Shown here: piece after piece, positions 26,449 through 39,045 of the stretch
How the letters are laid out: each line of letters opens with the position of its first letter
Numbering within the stretch: position 1 is the stretch's first letter
Assembly (NCBI RefSeq): GCF_963921235.1
Contig: NC_086097.1
Span: 154,134,001 to 154,198,000 of the forward strand
Length of the DNA: 64,000 nucleotides
Reading direction: 5' to 3'
Origin: Mobula hypostoma
Taxonomy: Eukaryota
Program-made: the position numbers and the translations under genes
Notes under the pieces: model-generated
What the model was told of the DNA's origin: nothing
The model's database searches: none
The model's input: only the letters and a program-made list of their open reading frames with translations

Positions 26449-27074
26449 TTAGATTATTAGATTATGATGACATGCAGTCCTCTTTTATTGTCACTTAGTA
26501 ATGCATGCATTAAGAAGTGATACAATATTCCTCCAGTGTGATATCACAGAAACACAGGACAGACCAAGACTGAAAAACTAACAAAACCACATAATTATAA
26601 CATATAGTTGCAACAGTGCAACAATACCATAACTTGATGAAGAACAGGCCATGGCACAGTAAAAAAGATCAAAGTCTCTCGAAAGTCCCACATCTCACGC
26701 AGACGGGAGAAGGAAGAAAACTCTCCCTGCCATGCCCAACTACAGTCCGACTCTGAGTCGCCCGAAAACTTCAAGCTCTGTTCAGCCCTCTGACACCGAG
26801 TACCGAGCACCATCTCTGCCAAACACTTCGACCTCAGCCTCGGTCGCCAGCAGCAGGCAAAGCCAGGGATTTTGGGGCCTTCCCTTCGGAGATTCTCGAT
26901 CACACAGTAGCAGCGGCAGCGAACCGGGCATTTCAGAAATTTCTCCAGATGTTCCTCTGCTTCTCACATCTGTCTCCATCAAATCAGAATTGTGCACGGT
27001 GTCCTACTTACAGATACAATATCATTTCACCGGAGAGCTGCACGCGCCGCATCGTGCTGCCATCTTCTCCTCCC
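26449..27074 (-). mobile_element. ~630 bp non-autonomous retroposon, copy B (short variant)
   Basis: Homologous to copies A, C, D and E; closest to copy E. Confidence 0.85.
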
Positions 27075-28627
27075 GCCTTATGGTGAGAGAGGAGCTGCAG
27101 TTGCTCTTGCTGATCTGGAGTAAACTTTGAGCTGCTTCCCATGTTGCCTCTTGGGGAAATGTTCTCAAGCAGCCTCTGACAAGCAACCAAACAAGGAGGA
27201 GTTGATAAACCTGGGGTGGAAGGAAATTTTTCCATTTCATAGAGACATAGAGCACTACTGCATAGAAACTGGCCCTTTCGCCCACCTAGTTCATGCCAAA
27301 CTATTATTTTGCCTGCTCCCATTGACTCGCACCTGGACCACAGCCCTCCATATCCGTCCCAACTATGTACTTATTCAAACTTCTTAAATTAAATTGAACC
27401 CTTATCCATCATTTCTGCTGGAAGCTCTGCTATGGCTGCCTCAGCCTTTGGCACGTGTTTTAGCCTCAAGATTTTAAAAAAATTCTTAAAATTGTGCACA
27501 AGTTACCTTTAATTTATGTTTTCTTGGGAGTGCAACTCATATGATGCTATGTGGCTACAAGTAAGATTTTCACTGCACCTCTGCATAAGTGTTCTCGTGC
27601 ATATGTCAATAAACAACTTTTGACTTTGACTTTAACATTGATATTGCCAGCTGCTAAACACATCCCTAGACTGGTTCACCTCTATTCTTATCCCCTCAAT
27701 GGATTTGTCCATTGATATTATGCTCCGTTCCCTTCCTAACCATTCGCCACAAGACCAGTTATTTGAGTACATTCCCATGAAAGCGTCATACCCAGGACAA
27801 TCAAGACATGTACACTTCAGGTCTTGGAATGTATCCCCCGAGGACAGAACCACTTCAGTGCTGAAGTAGTTCAATCACTCCAGGAAGCACATCCCCAGCA
27901 TTTCAATTCTTCACACGTACAGACTTTGATGTCACACTTCAAATATAGAAGCAAAAAGTGGAAGAAAGGTAAATATTTCCTGCTGATCTGCAGCTGGCAA
28001 TTTACTGGAGCTGTCAGTAAGCAAGCTCTCTTTGTTGGAACCACTGAATTATGGTTCCAGGCCAGCACGAAGTACATCTCCACTATAGAAGCAACATGGT
28101 ACATAACAAATTACATTTAAAAGCCATTGTGCTATAACACAGATTTTTTTTTGTGAAAATAGACATGGTTTTAATATCGTAATACCAGAGCACAGTGGAA
28201 CACTGAAATGCTAGAACTAACCAGTCAGATTACTGCAGTGTTTTTGCACAAGATTTAACTGTACAATAATGGGTAGGATTTTGCAGAATAGTAATGATGA
28301 AACTGTCCAGACATTACTGTTATTAATTCTCTACCTCTCTGCAAAATAAACACTCTTCTCTTGCTAAATTACAAATAAACTCCTGAGAATGCCTGTTGTA
28401 TCACCTGTACTGTAACATCTTTGAATTGTCATGCATTGTTGCAACAGTCATAAGTAAATTAGCAAAGATGTGTAATTTACAATTACTGCTTTGAAAATCT
28501 CATTCACCTAGAAAAGTTTTATTTGTATAGATTAAAATTTCATCAGAAATATTTAAATAAAATACTAAATTATATTTAAAAGATTTTGTTTAAAGAATCC
28601 ATTTATGATATTTTACATTATATCTTA

Positions 28628-29249
28628 TGAAGGGTTCTCAGTAATATTAACTATAATATTAACTGTTAAGGCTAACAAAATGGCTTCTCTGTAGTGTTAT
28701 ATGAAGTGGCTTCTCTGTAATGTTAACTGATGAGGTAATGTTTCTCTGTAGCTATGATGTTAGGGTTAAAGTTACAGATAACAGGGAACTAACCAATGAT
28801 GACCTGTTCTGCTATCTTGTATAGTGGGAACTGAGAGAGGGAGTTTGCGGTCTTTTCCGCAAGGCAAGCGAAGAGAAAGGGAGAGTGCAGGAGCGGCTGG
28901 CAGTTCCCAGACGGTGGATACCGGAATTCGATGGTTCGGATGCTGTCGGAGGTTCGGAGGTCAATTGTGGATTGATCGGGAAGGCATGAGCTCCAACGAA
29001 TTATATTTTGTGCACAAGACTGATAAACCTACTGAGTGACACCTTTGTGTTATTTGTTTCTACTAACCACACTACCTAAAAGTTATAAATTGTAATCATT
29101 TAATTGTACATTGTGTACTCTCTGATATTTTACATTGTGGGTTTGTACCGGGGTGCATTACACAGCATCTACGCAAACGTAGACACAGTTTGGCGGGCAG
29201 ACGACAACTTTGCCTAGACGAACGGGAGTTGATAGAGCTGAGTGTTACA
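28628..29249 (+). mobile_element. Solo LTR (622 bp)
   Basis: TG...CA termini, 4-bp TSD ctta (28624-27, 29250-53), three internal ttctctgta repeats near the 5' end; orientation inferred. Confidence 0.7.
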
Positions 29250-30186
29250 CTTACTATTAAGAGAATATTCCATTGTATTTACGCTTTTAAGAATATCCAA
29301 AATGCAAGCTGCAAATTGCTCAACTGTTTGCCCACTTAGCATGTGGGCTTATCACTGTTAAAACAAAGAACATAAAGGAGTATAGCACAGCAAAAGGCAT
29401 TTTGGCCCTTGATGCCTGTGAGAACAATGATGCCAATCCAAACTAATCCATCTACCTGTACAAGCTCTTTTCCCTCCATTCTCTGCCTGTTCAGGTGCCT
29501 GTGTAAATAGCTCTTAAATGTTACTATCATATCTGCTTCACCCACTTCCCCATGTACCTACTGTTCCTCCCCTGTAAATCTCCTTTAGGTTTGTCGTTGA
29601 GCACCGAAGGTCCATGCCAATTCAAATTTGCTGATTTTAAATTGATTGTCAATTTATGCCACCAGCTCCAGAGTACTTCATGAAGAAGCATGAAGAATTG
29701 TAAATGAAGGGTTAATCATGATCAGAGTATTTCACTGCTTTTACACTTTAGTTGCTTAAAGTTTAGCTAAATCAAAGACAAGGTATCAGCATTCTTTAAT
29801 TACTGACAACCGAGAACTTCAAGCTAAATCTTTTCAAATTGAATTATATTTTAATTAAAGGCAATCTTTTTAATAAAAAAATACAACAGGAAACTTAACT
29901 CTATATGTTACACCCTAGAAGCTGCATGCGATCTGGATCTACTAGTGGTACTCTGGAGGGTTGTAACGCAGAGTTAGAATACAGTAGGGCATGAGGAACA
30001 GCCCAATGAAGTTAGTCCCACAGGTGGGGTCACAGAGTAATGGTAGAGCAGGAAATGAAGAATAACCAATTAGAAAATGAAAAGGAAGTCAATCTAGAGC
30101 ATATATTGACTTGCTAATGCACTGGGAAAGAATGTAAGACTGCACTGCACCTAGGGTGTATTAATACCTCAGAATAAGATAGTGTT

Positions 30187-30546
30187 TCAATATTTTCATT
30201 TAATGTAATATATACCCTTCTTGTTTTTAATGGAGGTCGGGATTGAGGACGTGATTTTAAGTTTTTTAACTCTGGTTTCAAGTTAGCCCATTGCTTTGCT
30301 TTGCTTTTAGTTCGTTGCACGGTGGGTTTTTTTTGGGGTTTTTTTTTTTCCTTTCTCTATTGATATATATATAAAAATTAGTATACTATTATGTTACCTT
30401 GGTACGTTATGTTTAAATTACATTGTTTGTAGTATTTTTTTGTATTAATATCTTCTGTAATTTTATTATATTCTAATAGTGTATTAGTGCCTATATGGCT
30501 TACCTTTTTGTATACTTATTCAATAAAAAGATTTAAAAAGAAAGAA
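30187..30546 (+). mobile_element. 5'-truncated poly(A)-type retroposon (L1-like 3' end)
   Basis: Perfect 16-bp TSD agaataagatagtgtt (30171-86, 30547-62); T-rich body, AATAAA, then A-rich tail. Confidence 0.78.
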
Positions 30547-31019
30547 AGAATAAGATAGTGTTGCTAACATGGAGATGTAGTTGAAAGATGAACAGGACCA
30601 GGATCTTAGCATTCCAGGGTATAGAGAACTTTAAGGCATGAATAGTGATAAACTTTAAAAAATAAGAAGACAGAATCTAAGAGCTGATTACTACAGGAAT
30701 GAACAAGGATATAGCAGATGGTTCTTCAAATGCATGGGTAGAGCTTAGAAGCAAAATGGGAAAGACTACCGGGAGTCTCCTACAGTTTTCCTAACAGCAA
30801 ATATAAGCAAATCATGAAGAATTGTAAAAGAAGGGTTAATCATGATCAGGAATTCCAATTTCCTCTATTAAATGCGAATACCTTAGGATGTGGCAGTTCC
30901 TGATGAGGTGTATAAAATTATGAGGGTCATAGATAGGATTGCTTGTAAGAGTTATTTCTCCTGAGCAGAGATGTTCAAAACCAAAGGGCATAAGATTAAG
31001 AGAGGAGGTAGGAGATTTG

Positions 31020-31152
31020 AGTCCTGGTGAAGGGTTATGGCCTGAAACATCGACTGTTTACCCTTTTCCACTGATGCTGCCTGGCCTGCTGAGTTCCTCC
31101 TGCATTTTGTGTGTATTGCTTTAACTTACAGCATCTGCAGATTTTCGCTTGT
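31020..31152 (+). mobile_element. Penelope-like terminal repeat fragment with degenerate hammerhead
   Basis: gtcCTGGTGAagggttatggcctGAAACATCgact...cagcatctgcaga. Confidence 0.7.
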
Positions 31153-31200
31153 TGAAGTAGGGGAATTAATGGGGATTGGAAAACTTTATTTCACCGAATG

Positions 31201-31881
31201 ATTAGGTTATGAGAACACTCAGTACTCTTTTATTGTCATTTAGAAACGCATACATGCATTAAGAAATGATACAATGTTTCTCCACAGTGATGTCACAGAA
31301 AACAGGACAAACCAAAGACTAACACTGACAGAACCACATAATTATAACATATAGTCACAACAGCGCAAAGCAATACCATAATTTGATCATTTGGGCACGG
31401 TAAAAATAAAGCCTCATCTTCCCCGAGCTAATCGTCTCCCGAGTCCCCGATAGCAGGCGGCAAAAGGGAGAAACTCCCTGCCATAAACCTCCAGGCACCG
31501 TCAACTTGCCGATGCCTTGGAAGCAGCCGACCACAGCCGACACTGAGTCTGTCCATCCGAAAACTTCGAGCCTCCGACCAGCCCCTCTGATACAGCCTTC
31601 TGAACGCCATCCTCTGCCGAGTGCCTTCGACCTCGCCCCGGCTGCCGAAACACACAAAGCCGAGGATTTGGGGCCTTCTGCTCCGGAGATTCCGGTTACC
31701 ACACAGTAGCAGCAGCAGCGAAGCAAGCATTTCAGAAGTTTCTCCAGATGTTCCTCCGTACTCTCACATCCGTCTCCATCAAATCAGAATTGTGCACAGT
31801 CCCCTACTTGACAGATTACAGATATCATTCACCGGAGAGGCCGCGCGCTCTTCCGTTGCACCGCCATCTTCTCCTCCCTCC
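31201..31881 (-). mobile_element. ~680 bp non-autonomous retroposon, copy C (divergent subfamily)
   Basis: Homologous to the other four copies; 7-bp direct repeat aatgatt (31197-203, 31882-88). Confidence 0.85.
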
Positions 31882-34800
31882 AATGATTGACATCAAGAAT
31901 ACAGTCCTTCAGTTGACTGTCGTGCAGATACTCTCATAACATTTAACGAGTATTTAGACGAGTGCTTGAGATACTGTGACATAGAAGGTTATTGGCTGAG
32001 TATTGGACATAGGATTAGCATTGATAGGTATTCCAAGTTCAGTACAGATAAGATTGGCCAAAAGGCCTGGTCCGTGCAACTTAAATCTATAGATGTACCA
32101 CAATTGCTTGCGATCTGTGTCAGCTTAATTGACCAAAACAAGTTACAATTAATATATCATGCTTCAAGTGGATAGAACCCTTAAATTACATGACAAAAGC
32201 CATTTATTAGGATATTAACAGGAAATGGGTACTTTTGGTTTGAATTAAATAAAGGTTGTATTCTAAAACGACTTTACAACAAAGTGATACATCTGCTGCT
32301 GTTATAGGAAGTATTCATGTAGATTTGATGATACAATTTAATCCTTTAAATGAATAAACCATCGCTAACGATTCTCACTATTATGTGTTGTGTCTTAGAA
32401 CATTAGCTAAATCTCCCTTTTACATGTTTCCTATGATTACTCATTCAGGAAATACCATAATTGATGACCAAATTTTACAAAGTGGCAACCTTTTCTTCAG
32501 TGGGTCAGCTTCAAAGCACTTGCTTCTCTGTTCCGCTCAATAGCATCACAAAGCCACTTAGGCTGCTACAAAGTGAAATTTGTGAACCACAATGAAGAAA
32601 ATCAGACAATTTTGAAACAAGGATTTTGTCATTGTACTTGGACAGTTGTTTTTAAATTTTGCCTTTTCTCTCAGAATTCTGCTCAGCCTTTCTTGACAAT
32701 TCAGACATATGTTTTATCCACTGCCTCCCTTTATTTACCCTTTGATTATCCATGCATTTTTCATCCCAAAAAGAGGGGAGAAAGGTATAGATTTTCTTCT
32801 TTTGCAAGTCGTTCAACTGGTCTTGTACATGGAGCATGTAATAAGGAATCACGCAAGGAAGGATCAAATTTGCTTAAGCTTTAATTTGGGTTTAGTCCCT
32901 CCATTTAAAAAAAAACTGCACCTAAACAGACACATATGTATGTATACTATTCAATAAAAGATTTCCAAATAGTGGTCTTGCGTGAAGATCTTCTCCAATT
33001 TCCAAAACTACCCTATTTCTATCTGAAGTCTGGAAGTGACTTGAGGACTCATTTGCAAGTGCAATTTCAGCGGACTGATCTTGCAGCCAAGAATTGCATG
33101 TTTGAACTCATTGCCATGAGCCACCTATAAGGCTGAGCTGAGCCTATAATAGAGGGAAAATAATGCTCTATCTGTTCTGCTTAGCAGTGAATGAGAAACA
33201 GCCACATGTCCAACATATCAAGGATAGGTGGATAGTACATGACTCCAAAGTCTAGGGATCAAGAAAACTGGAGTTGTCAAACAAAAGAAAAATAATTGTT
33301 TCTCATGCTTCCAGTTGTATAGTACCTACCTTTTTAATGACAGGTACAAATGTTCTTAGATGAATTGTCTAATGCTGTTTCTTTATACACCAGAGTTCAA
33401 TTAACTTAGGTTTAAAAGTGCCAATATCCTTTAGCCAAATCCTGCAAACTGTAAATTTAGATTTTCAACCTTTGAACTTGGAGGGAAAGTCTTTCTTTTG
33501 ACTTCATCAATCAATTCTAAGCCCCTGGATTTAAAGATATGTGCAGGTGATTATACACCATGAAAATCACGAAGAACAGCAATGCGGTTCTTTCAATGAG
33601 CAAAGCCTCCAGGTTTGGAAGTAATTTTTGATGATTTCACTCTGGGGTGCATGCAGCTGCTGAAAAAGCAAGTCCATCTTATTAACCAGGGATCAAACAG
33701 GACTCCTGGGGGGAGCAGAATCCAATTATCAAACCTCACTGCAGGCAAACAATGTTACAAATGACATAGGATGATATGGCTTATGCTAGGAAGAACATAA
33801 AAGCAGTTTCAGACATCGTCTGAAATACAGTTGCAAGCAAAGAAAATAATATTTCTCCGCAACTCATACCAGGGAAGGCCAAACTGCATATTTTGATAGT
33901 GTAAAGTTAGAACTCCTAAATTGGTTATTTTTAAATCTGTAAATAGTTTTCAAATTATGTATATTCGGCATTAGGTTATGAATGCTTTAGCTGCAGGAGC
34001 AGACTTGTAGGTGATTTGAAGTAGCAGAACCAAGGCAACAGACACCAGGCTTGAGAGCCAGGAACAAGCCAAGGTTTGACCAATTTAAGTGCTAGGCAAA
34101 ATCAGAATGGTTGGATATGGGCCGAATAGCAGTGGCAGGTCCCGGGTCCAAGACCATATAGAAGCAGCAGGCCTTGGGTCCAAGAGCAAGATAGGACCTG
34201 CTGTTTGATCGATTTAAGTGCTGGGCCAGATTGAAAACATCTTGATGTTGAGGTCAGAGGCAAGGGACGGGCCAGTGATTAGCTTGCTGTTCCATGAGGT
34301 TTACTCAAATCTGCACTGAGCTGATGTTGTGGCCTGCAACTAACCAGCTCCTTGATCAGCTATGACTGGCTTCATAGCTGTGAACTCACTTTCGTGAACT
34401 TCAGCTCTGAATGTTATTTGCTTACTTTTATTGTTTGTATGATTTGTTGTTTTTTTTCTGTACATTGGGTGGTTAGTGGCCTTTTTTTAAAAATAGGTTC
34501 TATTGGGTTTCTTTATTTTGTGGCTTCCCTTAAGGAGATGAATCTCAAGGATGAATATATCCTGCATACTTTGATAATAAATGTACTTTGAACTTTGAAA
34601 TCTCTACCTGGAAGCTTAGATTCCTTCTGTGAATAAAGAATTACCCCACGTGCATGCTCTTGCATTTAGTGTGAATGATTTTTGCAAACTATTTATTTTT
34701 TTGCTTATACCTTAAATTCTTTTTATCATTTACCACTGTCTGCATTTTCCTGGCTCACAGCAAAAGGTCGTTGAATCTGCTGTACCCTGCTCATATCAAC

Positions 34801-35189
34801 TGGCCAAAAATTGCTCCAAGAATCTAACTGGAGGGATTGAAACACACACCACTGGAAAGTTGGGCAGGGATTTGGAAAATAACACACTTCTGATAACACT
34901 GAGTGAAATTGGTAGATCTGTCAGAAATTTGCAATGACAGATGCTTCTAAAGTGGTTCTTTTTAAGAGAATTGTGGTGACAGTAGATTTGATATGGGGAG
35001 GAAAGTATCCGATGGAAAGAAACCATTAATAGTAATTAATGTGGGCCATGAAAATGGAAATGGGTGATCCACAGTGGGGGTGGAGGACAGAATGTGCTGA
35101 AATCAGATCTTGTGGACAAGGAGTGCAGAAAGAATGCATGAGGAAGGACTGAAGAAAAACTAAAAGTTTCATGGGTAAAAAGGTTGATT

Positions 35190-35650
35190 CCAGAGATGTG
35201 GGGGTTAGACTATGAGGAGAAATTGAGTCACCTGGGATTGTACTCACTGGAATTCAGGAAGAATGAGAGGAGATCTTATAGAAACATATAAAATTATGAA
35301 AGGGATAGATAAGATAGAGGCAGGAAAGTTGCTTCTACTGATAAGTGAGACCAGAACTAGGGGATATAGCCTCAAGATTTGGGGGAGTAGATCTAGGACA
35401 GAGATGCTTTTCCCAGAGAGTGGTGAATCTGTGGAATTCTCTGCCCAATGAAGCAGTGGAGGCTACCTCTGTAAATATATTTAAGACAAGAGTGGATAGA
35501 TTTTTGCATAGTTGGGGAATTAAGGGTTATGTGGAAAACGCAGGTAGGTGGTGTTGAGTCCATGGCCAAATCAGCCATGATCTTACTGAATGGCGAAGGA
35601 GGCTCGACAGGCCAGATGTCTTACTCCTGCTCCTATTTCTTATGTTCTAA
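35190..35650 (+). mobile_element. CR1 LINE 3' end
   Basis: RGDLIETYKIMKG.D and FSQRVVNLWNSLP motifs; tail ttcttatgttct. Confidence 0.88.
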
Positions 35651-37231
35651 AAATATACTGACATGTTTATTCCACTGTTCTTTTATATCCTGGTTAATAA
35701 TCAGCACCACCAGAAGCCCTCCAGTTGGCCATTCACCTTGATCGTGTTTGTGGATCATGTTCCACTCAGCACCTGAGGGTTACTTTTTATAAACCACTTG
35801 ATGCACATTTGAGAAAAGGGTTAAGATACTCCTTTTTTAATATCAGAACTTTTTGAATAGAGATGGTATGATTATTCCGATGTAACCAATGCTCCCAGGT
35901 TTGATTGCTCCAAACAAATGACAAGCATAAGATTGAAAAGTTTTGTAAAACATCAGTTAACAGATTGGCAGAGGATAAATGTGTTTACTTACAGGAAGTA
36001 AAGGCTTCTGCGTGGTTTTCAAACAAAAGAATTTAAGGCGTTATGACAACTGTTGATTCGGCTGTTCACAAGTTTGGCTCAACACAGACACAATTATCAT
36101 TACAGCAAATGTGTTCAAGAGGATGAGACTCACTGCTTTAATCATTTGGAAAGAAAGGCTATTTTAGAATATTTTTGCACTTCAATCCTCCATTTCATGC
36201 ACTAATTTTAAAGGTAACTATATGATACAAGAGGTTGAGCTGCACATTCGGTATTGCAACCAAAGCACTGATCAGGCAACCAATACAATTTCTATATCTG
36301 CTCTTTAGTGAAGTTAGGTGTGATGCCCGGAAGGACAAGGCAAGTTGAAAAGGAACCAGGTAAAGTAACTGAACCTAGAGATCAAGATGGCTGGTGAAAT
36401 CAGGAGATCAGTAAGGACAGAGGAAACTTGGTGACCAGGAGGGCTGGGGGAACCTAGGAGATCATCAGGACCTACTGTAGGGTGGTAGTAGAGCAGGAGT
36501 ATTGGGTAAGGCTACAGGCACCAGGTTTGAGAGAGGTGCAGAGATCAGGAGGGCTTGGAAGGGAGAAGATATTGAAAATTGAGAAGGCTGAAAGGATGGA
36601 AGTTGGGAAAACAACAGTCATTAGATATTGAAAGAGTGTGCAAGGAGAACAATCAGCCTTTGCTCCTCTACCAGCTCCATGCAAAAGCAACTTAGGTCAT
36701 GTCACTTAAACACCTTCACACCTCCCTCCCCCCAATAGCCGTACAAATTAATGCCAATGCTTTGATTGAGTCTACCTCCAATATTATAGATGCTTCCTGA
36801 TCCACCATCTATCATTCACTGCCTTTATTTCTGTATTGCCAGTACCCAGTCGAAAAATGGAAAGTTCTGCATCTATCTTGGTGACAAGATCTTCAAACAG
36901 AAACACTCAACAGCTGCCTGCCACTGGAAACAGTGCTCAATGCAATTCTCAGGCAGCATATTTCAAACTTACAAAAAAATCTACTTCCCTTTTCTTCCTG
37001 GTCAGAAAATAACTTCATATTTCCCCTTCTTAAGGCACCTTTCGGCCAGTTATTTAACATCCTTTTTTGTCACTCACTTGACTGATCCAAATCTTTTGCA
37101 GCCCACTTGAAAAGCTGTTCTTAGCTAACTTGATGCTGAAAAGACTCATAAAATTATACACAAGTCCAACAGAGCACTCTGAATTCCTGGAAGATATTAT
37201 TTGGAAAGTAATAGATTTTAGACTCTCTTAC

Positions 37232-37358
37232 CTCAACTGTAAGCTGCTTGTAATAGCTGGGTCCAAGCACCAGGTTTTCAAGAGTTAGATTTGATATATC
37301 TGGTTCTGTCTCCTGACCACCTTTACTAAGCCATGAGCCTTTACCTAGGCGAGGGAAA
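37232..37358 (-). CDS. FAM135B: FAM135B-like internal coding exon (127 bp)
   Basis: tctttag|TTTCCCT...GTTGAG|gtaaga; (S)FPRLGKGSWLSKGGQETEPDISNLTLENLVLGPSYYKQLTVE; the GSWLxKGG motif fits FAM135B better than FAM135A. Confidence 0.92.
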
Positions 37359-37992
37359 CTAAAGAAATATTTAAAAAAAAGTCTCAATAACAATGAAGTA
37401 GTAATATAGACCATCCCATTCTTGGGCAATGCTGAACAGTGGAGGAGATGACATTTTATGGTACTTCAATGAGGGTTTTAAGGGCTGGAAATAGTCTTTT
37501 CTTCCTTAGTTTCTTCCCGTCTCACTTCATATATTGCTTAAAACTGAAGCTCTTTTTAAACCAGGTAGACGATTGGTAAACCTTCAGTTTGAGTTTGGAC
37601 ATCAGCAGCAGTTTATTGGGAAGAAAGGTGTGTGAATTAGCATGTCGGCTCATATTAAACTTCATTTGTGTCTTAAAAAAGTACTTTATGGACCTTTACC
37701 CAACAGCTGAATGTTTCTCATGACCTTTCCCAATAATTTCTTCCAAATTTATCACAAGGCAGAGCTAAGCTGAAGTTGATAGCAACGAAGTTGAAACACC
37801 TACATAAGTATTACACCTCCATCTCATATTTAGGTGAATTAAGCATCTCATGATCAAAATATAGGTCAGTATGAATTTATTTTCAGCCACTCCTCAGCAT
37901 ATCAATGTATTGAAGAACTTTTCAGAGCAGAAGTATCTAAAAGGATGTGATTTTGGAGTGGATCACTGCAGCATCAGGTGGCCTTAGAATTA

Positions 37993-38325
<333 letters not shown>

Positions 38326-38631
38326 TTATTTGGAAAATCTCTCAACTTCTGTATTCACTCCAAATGCCCTATTTAATCAATAAATAAGTCAATTATCTAA
38401 ACCATTCAGTCATAAATTTCTAGGTATTAGTAGAGTGAACGAAGGGAATCATGATTACAAAGAACAAAACAATTCAGAATTTGTTTGACTGTGTTTCAGG
38501 ATCCACTGAGCTTACATTTATCTAACTCTTTGCTTGGCACAGAGCCAGAAGCAAGCTGCCCTCTAGTTCAAAGCAACATTCACAACATGCCAGAGGAACT
38601 CAGCAGGTCAGGCAGCATCCGTGGAAAAGAT

Positions 38632-38669
38632 CGGTCGACGTTTCGGGTCGGAACCCTTCGTCAGGACTG
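38632..38669 (-). ncRNA. Minimal hammerhead ribozyme motif
   Basis: cagtc-CTGACGA-a-ggg ttccga ccc-GAAAC-GTC-gaccg. Confidence 0.65.
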
Positions 38670-39007
38670 TAGAGGGAAGGGGTAGAGGCCCTATAAAGAA
38701 GGTGGGGGGAGGGCGGGAAGGAGAAGGCTGGTAGGTTCCAGGTGAAAAACCAGTAAGGGGAAAGATAAAGGGGTGGGGGATGGGAAGCAGGGAGGTGGTA
38801 GGCAGGAAAGGTGTCGGTTCCGCCTCCTTCTACTACCCATTGTGTTTTCCCCTATTCCTTCTTCACCTTTCCTGCCTATCACCTCCCTGCTTCCCCTCTC
38901 CCACCCCTTTATCTTTCCCCTTACTGGTTTTTCACCTGGAACCTACCAGCCTTCTCCTTCCCACCCTCCCCCCACCTTCTTTATAGGGCCTCTGCCTCTT
39001 CCCTCTA

Positions 39008-39045
39008 CAGTCCTGACGAAGGGTTCCCGCCCGAAACGTCGACCG
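39008..39045 (+). ncRNA. Minimal hammerhead ribozyme motif
   Basis: cagtc-CTGACGA-a-ggg ttcccg ccc-GAAAC-GTC-gaccg. Confidence 0.65.

Noticed and set aside
33625..33665. TGATGA...CTGA pair suggesting a C/D box snoRNA
   Set aside because: The boxes are only ~35 nt apart, lack a terminal stem and are antisense to the host gene.
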